DNA from: a virus
Taxonomy: Duplodnaviria > Caudoviricetes
Strand: one strand, 5' to 3'
DNA: 64,000 nt
IMG/VR virus record: IMGVR_UViG_3300027205_000173
Location: 32,001 to 96,000 of that record
Shown here: piece by piece, positions 34,511 through 44,439 of the stretch
Layout of the letters: each line of letters begins with the position of its first letter
How positions within the stretch are numbered: position 1 is the first letter of the stretch
Made by a program: the position numbers and the translations under genes
The notes under the pieces: model-generated
Seen by the model: the letters and a program-made list of their open reading frames with translations, nothing else
Told to the model about the DNA's origin: nothing
The model's database searches: none

Positions 34511-34811
34511 GGGGACGCTAGGCAACATACACATTGCTGGCAAGGACTTTGATGTTGTTTATGTTATTTGGCATACATCTGACCCATCTAAAAGATGGTT
34601 TGTGACGATAGAGGAAACCAAAGAGAGGGCGATACTGCAATCACTAGTAGACCGCCGACCCCATCCCGCAAATGTTGGATTCACTCAGGATGCATGGACA
34701 TACGACATTGTCGATGAAAGGACTTGGTCGAGAATGAGTGCTGGCGGACTTCCAATACCGCCCAAAAAAATTCCTGCCTCGTACAGTGATGAAAATATAC
34801 CTGCAAACTAA
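34497..34811 (+). CDS. Hypothetical protein
   Basis: 104-aa ORF with GAGGA RBS. Confidence 0.5.
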   Translation: MANNKGTLGNIHIAGKDFDVVYVIWHTSDPSKRWFVTIEETKERAILQSLVDRRPHPANVGFTQDAWTYDIVDERTWSRMSAGGLPIPPKKIPASYSDENIPAN

Positions 34812-34819
34812 AGGAACAT

Positions 34820-35410
34820 ATGCCCTACGATAAAAACAACAAATGGGTTAAAAGCCTAGGTAGGACGGCGCCTACTAATCATGTTCGGCCAGGAACAAGC
34901 AGACTAATAAAAGATGACGACATGAGAATCTGGTTAATGCTTCAGACATGGTCTGATTTTGCTCAAAGCCTTTACGATTATTGCCTAACTCATGGCGGCC
35001 TGACCGAGAAACAAATGTTGTCAGCAGAAAAAATGCGAATCAAAGTCGACCCTGAATATGACCCTTATGGCGAAGGGGTTTGGGAGGGGGTATACATAGA
35101 TGACGAAGATAAATATATCTTCAAAATTTCTATTGTAACCAAAAATAATGACGAGCAAGTACGGTCAATCAGAAAACGTTTAATAGACATGCCTGGATGG
35201 TCGGACATCAAATTGGCATCCGATAAAGCGTTGTTATTCGGGTGCATCAAGACTGGCACTTACCGCATGCTGAACGACGATGAACTGATAGATATTGGAA
35301 GAAGAACTGGCATATGCTGCGATTGTGGAAAGGTTCTCGACAATCCCAAAAGTATTGCTGCAGGAATCGGACCATATTGTGCAAAAATACGCAGCCAAAC
35401 TAATCAATAA
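34820..35410 (+). CDS. DUF6011-like zinc-ribbon protein
   Basis: C-terminal CCDCGKVLDNPKSIAAGIGPYCA; N-terminal DFAQSL...GGLTEKQ module. Confidence 0.7.
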   Translation: MPYDKNNKWVKSLGRTAPTNHVRPGTSRLIKDDDMRIWLMLQTWSDFAQSLYDYCLTHGGLTEKQMLSAEKMRIKVDPEYDPYGEGVWEGVYIDDEDKYIFKISIVTKNNDEQVRSIRKRLIDMPGWSDIKLASDKALLFGCIKTGTYRMLNDDELIDIGRRTGICCDCGKVLDNPKSIAAGIGPYCAKIRSQTNQ

Positions 35411-35422
35411 GAAGGAAACAAC

Positions 35423-35674
35423 ATGACCAGCAGAGACACCTACGATATTCTCACCTACGAAGAAGAAAAGGAAGAATCTATGAACGGGATCAATATCCAG
35501 ATCAATACTCTTGTCGATGCAATGATAGATGCGGAGAAGTGTTTGTTCCATAACAGTCCGGCTAACCTAATGGTTAACTCTTTGCTTAACGAGGAAGGCA
35601 GTCTCGTAGTTAAGGAGATACCAGTTCTTCTCGCCTTTCGTGGCGCACACCCGAATTTCCCCGCAAGCGAGTAG
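35423..35674 (+). CDS. Hypothetical protein
   Basis: AAGGA RBS; 83 aa. Confidence 0.45.
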   Translation: MTSRDTYDILTYEEEKEESMNGINIQINTLVDAMIDAEKCLFHNSPANLMVNSLLNEEGSLVVKEIPVLLAFRGAHPNFPASE

Positions 35675-35678
35675 TCCC

Positions 35679-35867
35679 ATGCTTACGAACATTACGGTCG
35701 GAAGCAACCAAAGAGGACAATGCGAGATTTGTCATCTCAAATCATACAGATATAGCAAATGGCTACATGTTCAGATGTGGTACGACAACCACAAGTGTAT
35801 TGATGGAAGAAAGACTTCCCGTAATGGCCCACGAAATAAAGAAAATGTCCCGCTGGAGACCCAATGA
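35679..35867 (+). CDS. Small Cys/His protein
   Basis: CEIC...HKC; coupled to the next ORF. Confidence 0.4.
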   Translation: MLTNITVGSNQRGQCEICHLKSYRYSKWLHVQMWYDNHKCIDGRKTSRNGPRNKENVPLETQ

Positions 35868-36061
35868 GGTACCTTCTGCCTGAACCATTTTGCTGTGACG
35901 CTAAACGCCCTAATGGATTTACTTATCACCAGTTCGTGACGGTTTGCGATAATTGCCTTACACAGTTCCCATATTATGACTGCTACTGTGAACTAAAGCA
36001 CGATGATTGTAGTGAGGAAACGCGCCTGCGCAACATCGCATACCGAGAGGCTAACCGATGA
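35864..36061 (+). CDS. Small Cys-rich protein
   Basis: CC...CDNC...CYC...HDDC; GGAG RBS; ATGA overlaps. Confidence 0.45.
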   Translation: MRYLLPEPFCCDAKRPNGFTYHQFVTVCDNCLTQFPYYDCYCELKHDDCSEETRLRNIAYREANR

Positions 36062-36684
36062 ACAAATTTCTAAAGTTATTTACCCACGAAATTTATATTG
36101 TAGCAATGCTTGGTATTATTTCCATGACTACAGCATGGGCTGGAGTTCAATCATCACTTCACGGTGGGGCTTCGGATGAGGCGTACTCCGTTTATCAACT
36201 TGACCTCAGTGAATCCAACAACATGTGGATTACCTCTGAGGTTAAATACAGGGCTGACTTGACTGTTTGGAAAGACAAAAAGGTACGACTCCTCGTTGAT
36301 GGCGTCAGTAACGAAGACATCTATGAAGATATCCAAACTTCCAATGGTTCATACGAGTTTTACGAGCACGCAATACCCTGTCTAGTCGCACAGAACCAAA
36401 GTCAACTTCCAGACTGTTCCTCATACATGGATGAGTTGTACGTCCCACAAGCAGAAGTCTGGGAAAGAGCATCTGAGTCACTCGTAGTATCTGAGACAGA
36501 AGGTGGACGTAGTGACAGACTTCAGGTACTTACGGCGTTATTCGCCATTTCTTTGTTCATGCTTGGTATCGCTTCGGTTGTTAAGCGCAAAGAGTTATTA
36601 CTGCCGTTGGTCATCTTGGCTACGGCGCTATGGGTCTTTGGTTGTACTGTTTTACTAAGTATCCCTAGTATCTCGTTTATGTGA
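36058..36684 (+). CDS. Three-TM membrane protein (DUF4337-like architecture)
   Basis: N-terminal TM, helical soluble domain and two C-terminal TMs. Confidence 0.55.
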   Translation: MNKFLKLFTHEIYIVAMLGIISMTTAWAGVQSSLHGGASDEAYSVYQLDLSESNNMWITSEVKYRADLTVWKDKKVRLLVDGVSNEDIYEDIQTSNGSYEFYEHAIPCLVAQNQSQLPDCSSYMDELYVPQAEVWERASESLVVSETEGGRSDRLQVLTALFAISLFMLGIASVVKRKELLLPLVILATALWVFGCTVLLSIPSISFM

Positions 36685-36714
36685 CCATATCCTGGCAGGT
36701 GCATACTTTATGAC

Positions 36715-36930
36715 ATGCCTAAATCTAAATTTTTCAAAGAACTGACAGTAGGGGAACAGAAGTTTCTTACCGACATGATTGAGCATCACAAAATGGCTCT
36801 CATGATGTCCAAAGATGTATTGCGATCCACGGAGGACTACGACACGATGTCATTGGCTTATTCCATTATTCAAAATCAAACTAATGAAATTGCTTTGATG
36901 GCTAAAATGTTGCGCTCCCGACGTTGGTGA
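36715..36930 (+). CDS. DUF305 (ferritin-like half) protein
   Basis: FLTDMIEHHKMALMMS...LAYSIIQNQTNEIALM. Confidence 0.75.
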   Translation: MPKSKFFKELTVGEQKFLTDMIEHHKMALMMSKDVLRSTEDYDTMSLAYSIIQNQTNEIALMAKMLRSRRW

Positions 36931-37027
36931 AGTGTATTTTATGTCATAATTTACCTATACGTATTTGTGTATTCAGAAGACGCAAATTGATAATTAAAGT
37001 ACTAAACCCGACAAGGTGGTAGCGAGA

Positions 37028-37057
37028 GCGGCGCGAGGATTATCCTCCGCCGTTTTT
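37028..37057 (+). terminator. Probable intrinsic terminator
   Basis: GCGGCG(C)GAGGA-TTA-TCCTCCGCCG followed by TTTTT. Confidence 0.55.
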
Positions 37058-37110
37058 GCTATTCCTGAACAGTTACAGTACGGGGGCGTAACAACAACTA
37101 TGATCTAGCC

Positions 37111-37647
37111 ATGAACATCATGGGGCTAGACCTTTCGCTAACATCTGCTGGTTATTCTATAAATGGAGAGACTGGCACAATAGCCGTCAAGACAAAAGAA
37201 GCAGAACGCCTATATGAGATACGCGAAGATATCATCAATCTTGTCAAATCATATGATGTTAATGCCGTAGTGATTGAGGGGTATGCTTTTGCCGCCCGTA
37301 ATTCGCAATCACATAAAATTGGCGAACTTGGTGGCGTGATCAGGCTTGCTTTATATGAGATGGAAGTGCCCTATATCGATGTACCACCGACTTGTCGTGC
37401 AAAATTTGCTACTGGCAAAGGTAATTCATCTAAGACGGAAGTTGTTTCTGCTGTTTCAGCACGCACTGGTATCGTTTGGGCCGGCAAAGGCACCGACGAC
37501 ATGTGTGATGCGTGGATTTTAGAACAAATGGGCTTGACTGCGCTTGGTTCGCCACAGTATGATTGGCCCAAATCAAGCACGGATGCCTTGAAAACAGTTG
37601 ACTGGTCATCTTTGACTCGGGGAAGCGATAATGAGCATACGGAATAG
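37111..37647 (+). CDS. ruvC: RuvC-like Holliday junction resolvase
   Basis: IMGLDLSLTSAG, VVIEGY, GELGGVIRL, KFATGKGN..K, DMCDA. Confidence 0.85.
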   Translation: MNIMGLDLSLTSAGYSINGETGTIAVKTKEAERLYEIREDIINLVKSYDVNAVVIEGYAFAARNSQSHKIGELGGVIRLALYEMEVPYIDVPPTCRAKFATGKGNSSKTEVVSAVSARTGIVWAGKGTDDMCDAWILEQMGLTALGSPQYDWPKSSTDALKTVDWSSLTRGSDNEHTE

Positions 37648-37975
37648 CCCAATCAGCCAAGTTGATATTGAGAACGAAATGCTTCGTTTGATTGACATGC
37701 TTGAAGAAGAAACTGAAGCATTCGGCAGACTGGCCGAGGACGCCGCCAAGAAGGATGCCCTGTATAAGCATAGTTGGGCTAAAGAGTACCTGGCGGCCAA
37801 GGGGTCGATTAAAGAGCGTGAGGCGTGGGCTGAGTACCTTCTGGCAGACCAGCAGTTTGACTACAAGATGTCCGAGGGTCTCGTGAAAGCAAAGAGAGAA
37901 AAACTCCTTTCGCTCCGAACATCGATTGATGCCATGCGTACGCTAAATGCGAACTTAAGGGCTATTGTCTCGTAG
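37631..37975 (+). CDS. Hypothetical coiled-coil protein
   Basis: 114-aa helical ORF. Confidence 0.55.
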   Translation: MSIRNSPISQVDIENEMLRLIDMLEEETEAFGRLAEDAAKKDALYKHSWAKEYLAAKGSIKEREAWAEYLLADQQFDYKMSEGLVKAKREKLLSLRTSIDAMRTLNANLRAIVS

Positions 37976-38019
37976 GGGTCATGGTATAGAACTTATGCCA
38001 ATATTGTTGGAGAAAAATA

Positions 38020-38811
38020 ATGAAACATAAAGTTGATCCGGCGCTTCTTTCACTTCTTGTTGATGTAGACACATTGATTCCTCTGCCAGGGAATCCGCGC
38101 AAGGGTAACGTTGATGCGATTATGGCCTCATATGCCGAGTTTGGTCAAGTGAAACCAATCGTTGTTCGCCCTAATGGTGATGGTACTTCTACGGTGATCG
38201 CTGGTAATCACCAATTGATGGCTGCTCAAACGCTCGGATGGACACATATTGCTGTTGTGCCTTTTGAGGTTGACGTCAATCGGGCAATTGCTTTTGCCTT
38301 GACCGACAATCGTACTAATGAACTTGGTCATTCTGATCAAGAGTTAGTTAGCGAAATGCTGGATGACATTATTTCTGATTATTCTGACTTAATGTCAGAT
38401 TTGGGTTGGGATGAAATGGAATTGGCTGCCATAGATGAGTCAATTCAGTACAACTCGCCGACAACCTCTGATTCAGATGGGAACATGTACGTGCCGCCAG
38501 TGCTGCAGCCATTGAGTGATTTTGGTGCAACCATCTTGTCGTCATTAGTACGCGAGGACGATGATGGCGAACGTAGGATCGTCGCTCCACAGCATATGGA
38601 CCATAATGAGATTGCCATCAAGGGGAGTACGGTTGCCACCCCCGAAGCAGCGCCGCGAGCGGTTGTTCAATACACTATTGTTTTTGATGATCCAGACCAG
38701 CAGAGGCGTTGGTATGATTTTATTCGCTGGATCAGAAATGAACCTGCATATGACGGTAGTACAACGTCAGAAAAACTCATTTCCTTCATAGATGCCCATT
38801 CAGAAATTTAA
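38020..38811 (+). CDS. ParB/Srx-like domain protein
   Basis: L.PLPGNPRKGNVDAIMASYAEFGQVKPIVV...VIAGNH...A...LTDNRT. Confidence 0.85.
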   Translation: MKHKVDPALLSLLVDVDTLIPLPGNPRKGNVDAIMASYAEFGQVKPIVVRPNGDGTSTVIAGNHQLMAAQTLGWTHIAVVPFEVDVNRAIAFALTDNRTNELGHSDQELVSEMLDDIISDYSDLMSDLGWDEMELAAIDESIQYNSPTTSDSDGNMYVPPVLQPLSDFGATILSSLVREDDDGERRIVAPQHMDHNEIAIKGSTVATPEAAPRAVVQYTIVFDDPDQQRRWYDFIRWIRNEPAYDGSTTSEKLISFIDAHSEI

Positions 38812-38847
38812 ATATCATATACAGTTGTATTAATAGAGTGGAGTTCG

Positions 38848-39081
38848 ATGATGTCGGAAGATTCGGAATATATCCTCAGGTCGGTACAACGGGAAATGTA
38901 CAACTTGGAAGACGAAACAATATATTTACGTGCTCACATTAAATCGCTTCAAGAAAAGATTGAAGAATCAAATGGACTCTGTGACGAACTGGCACAATTT
39001 ATTTACTCAATAGAAGACTTATTGGATTTCAACAAAGAACGTAACGAATTACTGCTTAGGTATGAACAAGAACGCCGATAA
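38848..39081 (+). CDS. Hypothetical protein
   Basis: GGAG RBS; coiled-coil composition. Confidence 0.5.
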   Translation: MMSEDSEYILRSVQREMYNLEDETIYLRAHIKSLQEKIEESNGLCDELAQFIYSIEDLLDFNKERNELLLRYEQERR

Positions 39082-39138
39082 AGTAAAGTAATGCGTGCAC
39101 GACTAATCTATTGCTGATAATCTCTCAGTACATACCAA

Positions 39139-39211
39139 TGGAGAGTAGTTCAGTTGGCAGAACAGCGGACTGTTAATCCGCGCGTCGCAGGTTCGACCCC
39201 TGCCTCTCCAG
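39139..39211 (+). tRNA. tRNA-Asn (GUU)
   Basis: Acceptor TGGAGAG/CTCTCCA plus G; anticodon arm GCGGA-CT GTT AA-TCCGC; T arm GCAGG-TTCGACC-CCTGC. Confidence 0.92.
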
Positions 39212-39240
39212 CCCAAAAAAAAAACAATGGAGGAATACTC

Positions 39241-39402
39241 GTGGAACCTAATGCATCAGCAATCAAAGCAAATGCTCGTCTAGAAGCACAGAGTAATGCT
39301 TATCTTGCCGGACAGCCCGCCCGTGAATCGCACGAAACATTGAAAGAAATTAAAGTTCTTCTGGCAGAAGTTTTAGAAATGTTAAAGAAGAACAATGCCT
39401 GA
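39241..39402 (+). CDS. Small hypothetical protein
   Basis: GGAGG RBS before GTG 39241. The track's longer version overlaps the tRNA. Confidence 0.5.
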   Translation: MEPNASAIKANARLEAQSNAYLAGQPARESHETLKEIKVLLAEVLEMLKKNNA

Positions 39403-39691
39403 TATGTTATTGGTTCAAAGATGTCGCCGGATTGGCCTAGATGTTGAGGCCATGCGCTTCATGCCATTAAATCAGCGCGAAGTGGCTGACTGGTGTGGCG
39501 GTCTATTGACCGTCATCCCACGCAATGGTGATGAAAGTAGGCCAGATTTGATTATCTTACTTAAAGGCATTGATAGGGATATGAAGGCCCGCCTGGGTGA
39601 TTATGTCATAAAGTTATCAGACAGCGTTTTTTACTCATGTGATCATGCGACATTTGAGTCCTTATATGAGATCATTGATAATGGCTCATAA
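39395..39691 (+). CDS. Hypothetical phage protein
   Basis: VEAMRF...VADWCGG...MKARLGDYVIK...FESLYE is a common phage small-protein pattern. Confidence 0.6.
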   Translation: MPDMLLVQRCRRIGLDVEAMRFMPLNQREVADWCGGLLTVIPRNGDESRPDLIILLKGIDRDMKARLGDYVIKLSDSVFYSCDHATFESLYEIIDNGS

Positions 39692-39893
39692 TGAAGATAT
39701 TGACAAGATTCGTTACGAATCAACGGTAGAAAGAATACGTAAATATAAAATTACGGAAATGGAAAATCGCACATGGTATACGTTAGAGATACCCATGGAA
39801 GAGGAATGGCCTGCGGGTGACCCATTTTCGCGCGATAGGGAAACCCTCGTGTTGCGTGCTACAAAAGAAGAGTACGATGCTGGACCCAAATGA
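39681..39893 (+). CDS. Hypothetical protein
   Basis: Overlapping, coupled ORF. Confidence 0.45.
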   Translation: MAHNEDIDKIRYESTVERIRKYKITEMENRTWYTLEIPMEEEWPAGDPFSRDRETLVLRATKEEYDAGPK

Positions 39894-40089
39894 AATTTTG
39901 GCCCGTTTTCGTGAGCGGGCAGAGGCTGTCAAAAAGCGCCCACTGCCACCAGTTGCTGGACCTGAACGTGCTCTTTTTGTTAATCAAGCCAAGGTAGATT
40001 TTCAAGATTTTGCGATGATAGGCGACTGCGAAGCAACACTTGAAGAGGGAGTGCTAACCTTCAAGTTGGACCTTCGTAAAAAGGATTAA
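39877..40089 (+). CDS. Hypothetical protein
   Basis: MLDPNEILARFRERAEAVKKRPLPPVAG...; coupled ORF. Confidence 0.55.
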   Translation: MLDPNEILARFRERAEAVKKRPLPPVAGPERALFVNQAKVDFQDFAMIGDCEATLEEGVLTFKLDLRKKD

Positions 40090-40090
40090 G

Positions 40091-40507
40091 ATGGATTATC
40101 CAGATTATCTACAACCAGTATTGTTGCGCATTAACCCAGAATATGGAACTCATATTTCATGTGATGAGGGTTGGTGGAAAATCATATCTATGTGCGATAA
40201 GGAACTTTCGTTACTTGACCCCGGATATACCATTTTTCAAATAAAGGAAAAATTTGGTGGTTTACGTTATTACTACAGTCCTTCTAACCCGCTTAATGTA
40301 GAAAGCATGGATGTCGTTGTTCGTAAACACGAAAAAATATGCAGCATGACTTGCGAGGTGACTGGCGGTCATGGTTATTTGATGAGGAATGGTTTGCGAG
40401 GAATGGGGCAACTCAAAACACTGAACGAAAGTTTTTTACAACAAGGCTGGACAAAAGTCGACACAACTGATACTGTCAAGACCAATGTTATTAAACTACA
40501 AAAATAG
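40091..40507 (+). CDS. Conserved phage protein (QIKEKFGGLRYY family)
   Basis: CDEGW...QIKEKFGGLRYY...TCEVTG. Confidence 0.65.
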   Translation: MDYPDYLQPVLLRINPEYGTHISCDEGWWKIISMCDKELSLLDPGYTIFQIKEKFGGLRYYYSPSNPLNVESMDVVVRKHEKICSMTCEVTGGHGYLMRNGLRGMGQLKTLNESFLQQGWTKVDTTDTVKTNVIKLQK

Positions 40508-40516
40508 AGGCACGAC

Positions 40517-41665
40517 ATGACGCGTCAGCGTATGTTTCTAGATATCTCATGCGTAGATGCAGCCCGCCAAAGAATTAGGCATGTATACGACACCTTTGAT
40601 ACCGTTTGCGTTCAGTTCTCGGGTGGCAAAGACTCAAGCGCAGTCCTATATCTTGCTAAAGAAATTCACGAAGAACGAGGTCTCGGGCCCGTCAAGGTTA
40701 TTTTCCGAGATGAAGAAATGGTTAGCCCATTTGTTCTTGATTATGTCAATAAAATTAAAAATTATGACTGGGTGGATTTTGAGCACTACTGTCTTCCGTA
40801 TGGTACTGAAATATGGGTACTAGGGCGACGTCAATCTATTATGATCTGGGGTGAAAAACGCATCAAGGAGGGACGCACATGCAGACCTCTGCCTGATGAT
40901 GTAATCACTGGATACCATTTTGGTTTAGATCATGCAACGCCAATGACTAATCATATTGATTACTACACCATGCAAGGCAAGAAAGGCAACGTTGCTTTTC
41001 TAACTGGCGTGCGTGCTTCTGAGTCGATGATTAGATATCGCTCCTGTGTTCAAAAATTGCACGAGAATTACATTGTTACGCCGTACAAGAGCAAAAAGGG
41101 AATTCCTCTCAAGATGGCAAAAGTCATTTATGACTGGCAGACGAGTGATGTTTTTAAATTCCTCAACGAGGAGCATGGTGCTGATTATTGTGAGTATTAC
41201 GATGTTGCTGCTTTGACTGGTTCTAATACTCGTGTTGGTATTCCGCTGCATTCTGTTGCCATCCGTAGGATCGGTGATTTGGTTGCTACTGAGCCAGAGT
41301 TCTATGACCGTCTATGGGAGTGTTTCCCTGAAATCGACGCCCAACGACGCTGGTGGTCCGAATATAATGTCGAGAAAGTTATTGCGATGTTTGCTGCCGA
41401 GGGGTGGAATGGCGTAATGCGGGCGATTGACACTTTCATGATTGGTGAAACAAAGAGAAATCGTGCTTTGTCTTTTTCCGCTGAGTTTAGGAAGAAGAAT
41501 GCAAAGGACCCGTATTCCTATCCAATTGAGTGGCTTATTAGGAATATATTTTTGAATGAATTGTCAGGGATGTCGGTCAGTCCGGTCGGTCCTGGAACCA
41601 GGGCACATGCGTTGCGTGTTGCTGCTGCCAAACAAGATGAGGATGTTGTTTTTTATGAAGATTGA
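40517..41665 (+). CDS. PAPS-reductase-family PP-loop protein (IbrA/YbdN-like)
   Basis: DAARQRIRHVYDTFD.VCVQFSGGKDS, FRDEE, GVRASES..R, IYDW..SDVF. Confidence 0.85.
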   Translation: MTRQRMFLDISCVDAARQRIRHVYDTFDTVCVQFSGGKDSSAVLYLAKEIHEERGLGPVKVIFRDEEMVSPFVLDYVNKIKNYDWVDFEHYCLPYGTEIWVLGRRQSIMIWGEKRIKEGRTCRPLPDDVITGYHFGLDHATPMTNHIDYYTMQGKKGNVAFLTGVRASESMIRYRSCVQKLHENYIVTPYKSKKGIPLKMAKVIYDWQTSDVFKFLNEEHGADYCEYYDVAALTGSNTRVGIPLHSVAIRRIGDLVATEPEFYDRLWECFPEIDAQRRWWSEYNVEKVIAMFAAEGWNGVMRAIDTFMIGETKRNRALSFSAEFRKKNAKDPYSYPIEWLIRNIFLNELSGMSVSPVGPGTRAHALRVAAAKQDEDVVFYED

Positions 41666-42206
41666 TTATGTGGCTATCGGCGATTTGAGTGTTCCTTCTT
41701 GGAATACTATTTATATTTTGCGTCCTGATTTGCTTGTTTTGGCTGATTCCTTGTCTTCTTTTGGGATTATGTCACCCTTGGTGGTGCGTAAAGAGGATAA
41801 CTCAATTATTGATGGCAGTCAAAGATATAAACTAATTTCAGGAAACAAAAATCTGTCAGCCTTATTTCCTGATGGCCTACCCGTGAGGTACGTTGACTGC
41901 GATGAACTCGACGCCATGGTCCTCCATGTTCAAATAAACCGTGGTCGTGGCAGTATGGTCGCAAAACAACTCTCATCTATTGTTCGACTTTTGAAGAAAA
42001 GCCGCAAGTTTGATGAAAAAGATTTTGTGAAGCATTTTTGCATGAAATTTGACGAGTTGGAACTGATGATGAACCCAACAATCATCAAACAACGAAAAAT
42101 ATCAGAACATAATTACTCCCGAGCATGGGTTCCAGTAGAGGCACCCCCAGGGACTATCGACAAAATGCCTATTGTTACAGAAGCACCGCCAAATCCTGAC
42201 AGATAA
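41655..42206 (+). CDS. ParB/Srx-like protein (IbrB/YbdM-like)
   Basis: L..SL..FGIMSPLVV....IIDGSQR...AMVLHVQINRGRG; overlaps the IbrA-like stop. Confidence 0.75.
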   Translation: MKIDYVAIGDLSVPSWNTIYILRPDLLVLADSLSSFGIMSPLVVRKEDNSIIDGSQRYKLISGNKNLSALFPDGLPVRYVDCDELDAMVLHVQINRGRGSMVAKQLSSIVRLLKKSRKFDEKDFVKHFCMKFDELELMMNPTIIKQRKISEHNYSRAWVPVEAPPGTIDKMPIVTEAPPNPDR

Positions 42207-42240
42207 TCGTGGTAGAATAAAAACTGCACATACATAAAGG

Positions 42241-42444
42241 ATGGTCATTATGCGCAACATTCGCAAAATTGGTTTGATTAGAGTGCAGCCGGGTACAACT
42301 GCAGATATCGATACTGGACGCACCCCCGGCAGAATCCGCCGTGCTGCAAGAAATCTTTTTCAACGCCGTCGTCGTGCTGCTGGTCGTGGAGCAAACCCAA
42401 CCGCCCGTCTTCGTGACATCATTCGTAGCGGTGGACGCCGATAA
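42241..42444 (+). CDS. Small Arg-rich basic protein
   Basis: GRIRRAARNLFQRRRRAAGR; TGGTAGAAT -10 upstream (~42210). Confidence 0.5.
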   Translation: MVIMRNIRKIGLIRVQPGTTADIDTGRTPGRIRRAARNLFQRRRRAAGRGANPTARLRDIIRSGGRR

Positions 42445-42476
42445 TTCTTAATATTTTATTTACAGGACGGTGAGTT

Positions 42477-43337
42477 ATGTTGGTTAGTGTCAATGATTTA
42501 ACCACATATATGGACATCCGCTTCTCACTACGCCAACAAGACGCGGCTGAATTTGTATTGGCTGGACTTCAAAGTGAATTGGAGTCCTTTTTGCGACGTC
42601 CAATAGAAGTCCAAAACTTCGTAGAAGAATACGTCATCCCTTCAGACCATGTTGGAATGCCTACATCATCGTTCTTCTATAACACATCTCTAGACACAAC
42701 CATGTCCCCGGTCTCCTACACACAGCCACCATCAACGATTGGCGTTAGGAACTCTCCAATCGTAAAAGTCAACAGCGTATTCATTAGAAACTTGTCAGTC
42801 TCTGGGGTATACATGAGCGAGGCAATGGAGCGAGCGGCAGTCGTTACAGCGGTGTCGCAGGTGGGACCAAAAGTCACCTACACCGCAAGTAACAATAAAT
42901 TTACAATTGGCCAAAAGGTGACTATCAAGAGCATGGTGCCAATTTTGTACAACGTAGTTGCTCGTGAAATAACAGAAGTAACAACAAATACATTCTCTGT
43001 TACCAACATGCCAGCGTCTATTGGAGCAATGACAGTAGGCGGCACCGCTATAGCGACAGGAAGCGACTACACTGTTCGTCGTTTCGGCATTGACCTCTAT
43101 CGTGGGTTTGCTAACGATGCCGTGACTATCGACTACGAGGCAGGCATCGATGGTACTGAAATAGCAATATTCAAACTACTCATACTTCGCGCCGCAGTAC
43201 GAGAAATGCAGAACATGCACGACGACGTTGTCGGTGTGAAGGACTTAACTACTCGTAATGTTGCACCACTACAAACAGGTTTTATGGACTCGGAATTAAT
43301 GACCGTTAAGCGTTATCGTCGAGTTAGGGCTGCATAA
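42477..43337 (+). CDS. Head-tail connector/adaptor with an inserted beta domain
   Basis: MLVSVNDL..Y...LESFLRRPI...SPIVKVNSV...VTIDYEAG...KRYRRVR; first gene of the tail cluster. Confidence 0.7.
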   Translation: MLVSVNDLTTYMDIRFSLRQQDAAEFVLAGLQSELESFLRRPIEVQNFVEEYVIPSDHVGMPTSSFFYNTSLDTTMSPVSYTQPPSTIGVRNSPIVKVNSVFIRNLSVSGVYMSEAMERAAVVTAVSQVGPKVTYTASNNKFTIGQKVTIKSMVPILYNVVAREITEVTTNTFSVTNMPASIGAMTVGGTAIATGSDYTVRRFGIDLYRGFANDAVTIDYEAGIDGTEIAIFKLLILRAAVREMQNMHDDVVGVKDLTTRNVAPLQTGFMDSELMTVKRYRRVRAA

Positions 43338-43810
43338 TGGCCAGACCAATGATTGTTGAAATCACCACTAGGCTCGAAAATCCACAGGGATTTGACAGAA
43401 TTGACGACATGCAAAGACGCATGAAATCATTCCGACCAGTTTTTGATGACATTCGTAGCGACCTGGAAGAAGCATGGTCGAAGAACTTTGACACAGAGGG
43501 AGGGCATTACGGTGGGTGGAGGCCCCTGAGTCCAAAGTATGCCCTATGGAGGGGCTCTGCGGGGCCTATTTTGATTCGCACTGGGCAACTATTCAATAGT
43601 GTGAGAAGTCTTCATGGTGCACCAAACGACATCAAAGACGACGAAGCATTCTTTGGCACCAATGTTGAGTACGCAAAATTCCATCAATACGGAACAAACA
43701 AAATGCCTAAACGCCCAATTATTTTTGAACCCAATGATGCCGCTCGTAAATGGGGCGGATGGGCTGCTAAATATATCGCCGATGGTGAAACTTTTGGGAT
43801 TAAAGGATAA
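43337..43810 (+). CDS. Virion morphogenesis/tail completion protein (Mu gpG-like)
   Basis: NFDTEG....WRPLS...ILIRTGQL..S...GTNVEYAKFHQYGTNKMPKRP. Confidence 0.8.
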   Translation: MARPMIVEITTRLENPQGFDRIDDMQRRMKSFRPVFDDIRSDLEEAWSKNFDTEGGHYGGWRPLSPKYALWRGSAGPILIRTGQLFNSVRSLHGAPNDIKDDEAFFGTNVEYAKFHQYGTNKMPKRPIIFEPNDAARKWGGWAAKYIADGETFGIKG

Positions 43811-43812
43811 TT

Positions 43813-44415
43813 ATGGCCGCTCCCCTCATGCATGGATCACATTTTGCAAAATCATTTGTAAACAATTATATGTCTTACGATATACCTACGCGCATAGTCG
43901 CCTACCGTAATGGATGGGGACTCGATGACATAACCCTTCCAACGCCATTGAAGTTTCTTACTTATGAACCAGTAGCAATGGATGAGTGGCCCACTATTAT
44001 TACCGTTGCTATTTCGACATCATATTTTGATCGTCTTGGTTTTATCGGCAACGACCCCGAATATCGCGTTGCTTACAATATGCGAACCTATGTTTGGGTT
44101 CGTACGGAAGGTTCCGAAGAAACTACCCTCATGCGTGATAGATTATCTGCAGTCCTTCGTTCGTCATTACTTGATTATCCATCAATGAAAGCCGTAGACC
44201 CCCGCCAGACTTTTAAGGCAGAGATTGAACAAACTTCATTAAGTGAAGAGTATTCTGATTTAACGCTCCTCAAAGGCGACAGAGTCCTCGCTGGAGCATA
44301 TTTAGGATATACAATTTATATGAATGAAGTTGTTTCCAGGGCAGATATTGGAACGCTGGAAGAAATTGATTTGGTCACTAACGTCAGTGGTATAGGCGTC
44401 AGCCTTGTCGAATAG
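43813..44415 (+). CDS. Probable tail terminator/neck protein
   Basis: Position before the sheath gene; alpha/beta composition. Confidence 0.5.
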   Translation: MAAPLMHGSHFAKSFVNNYMSYDIPTRIVAYRNGWGLDDITLPTPLKFLTYEPVAMDEWPTIITVAISTSYFDRLGFIGNDPEYRVAYNMRTYVWVRTEGSEETTLMRDRLSAVLRSSLLDYPSMKAVDPRQTFKAEIEQTSLSEEYSDLTLLKGDRVLAGAYLGYTIYMNEVVSRADIGTLEEIDLVTNVSGIGVSLVE

Positions 44416-44439
44416 GCTATTATTTATAAAGAACTAAGG

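Noticed and set aside
39154-39240. N-terminal part of track ORF 39154-39402
   Set aside because: It overlaps tRNA-Asn; the real start is probably GTG 39241 after GGAGG.
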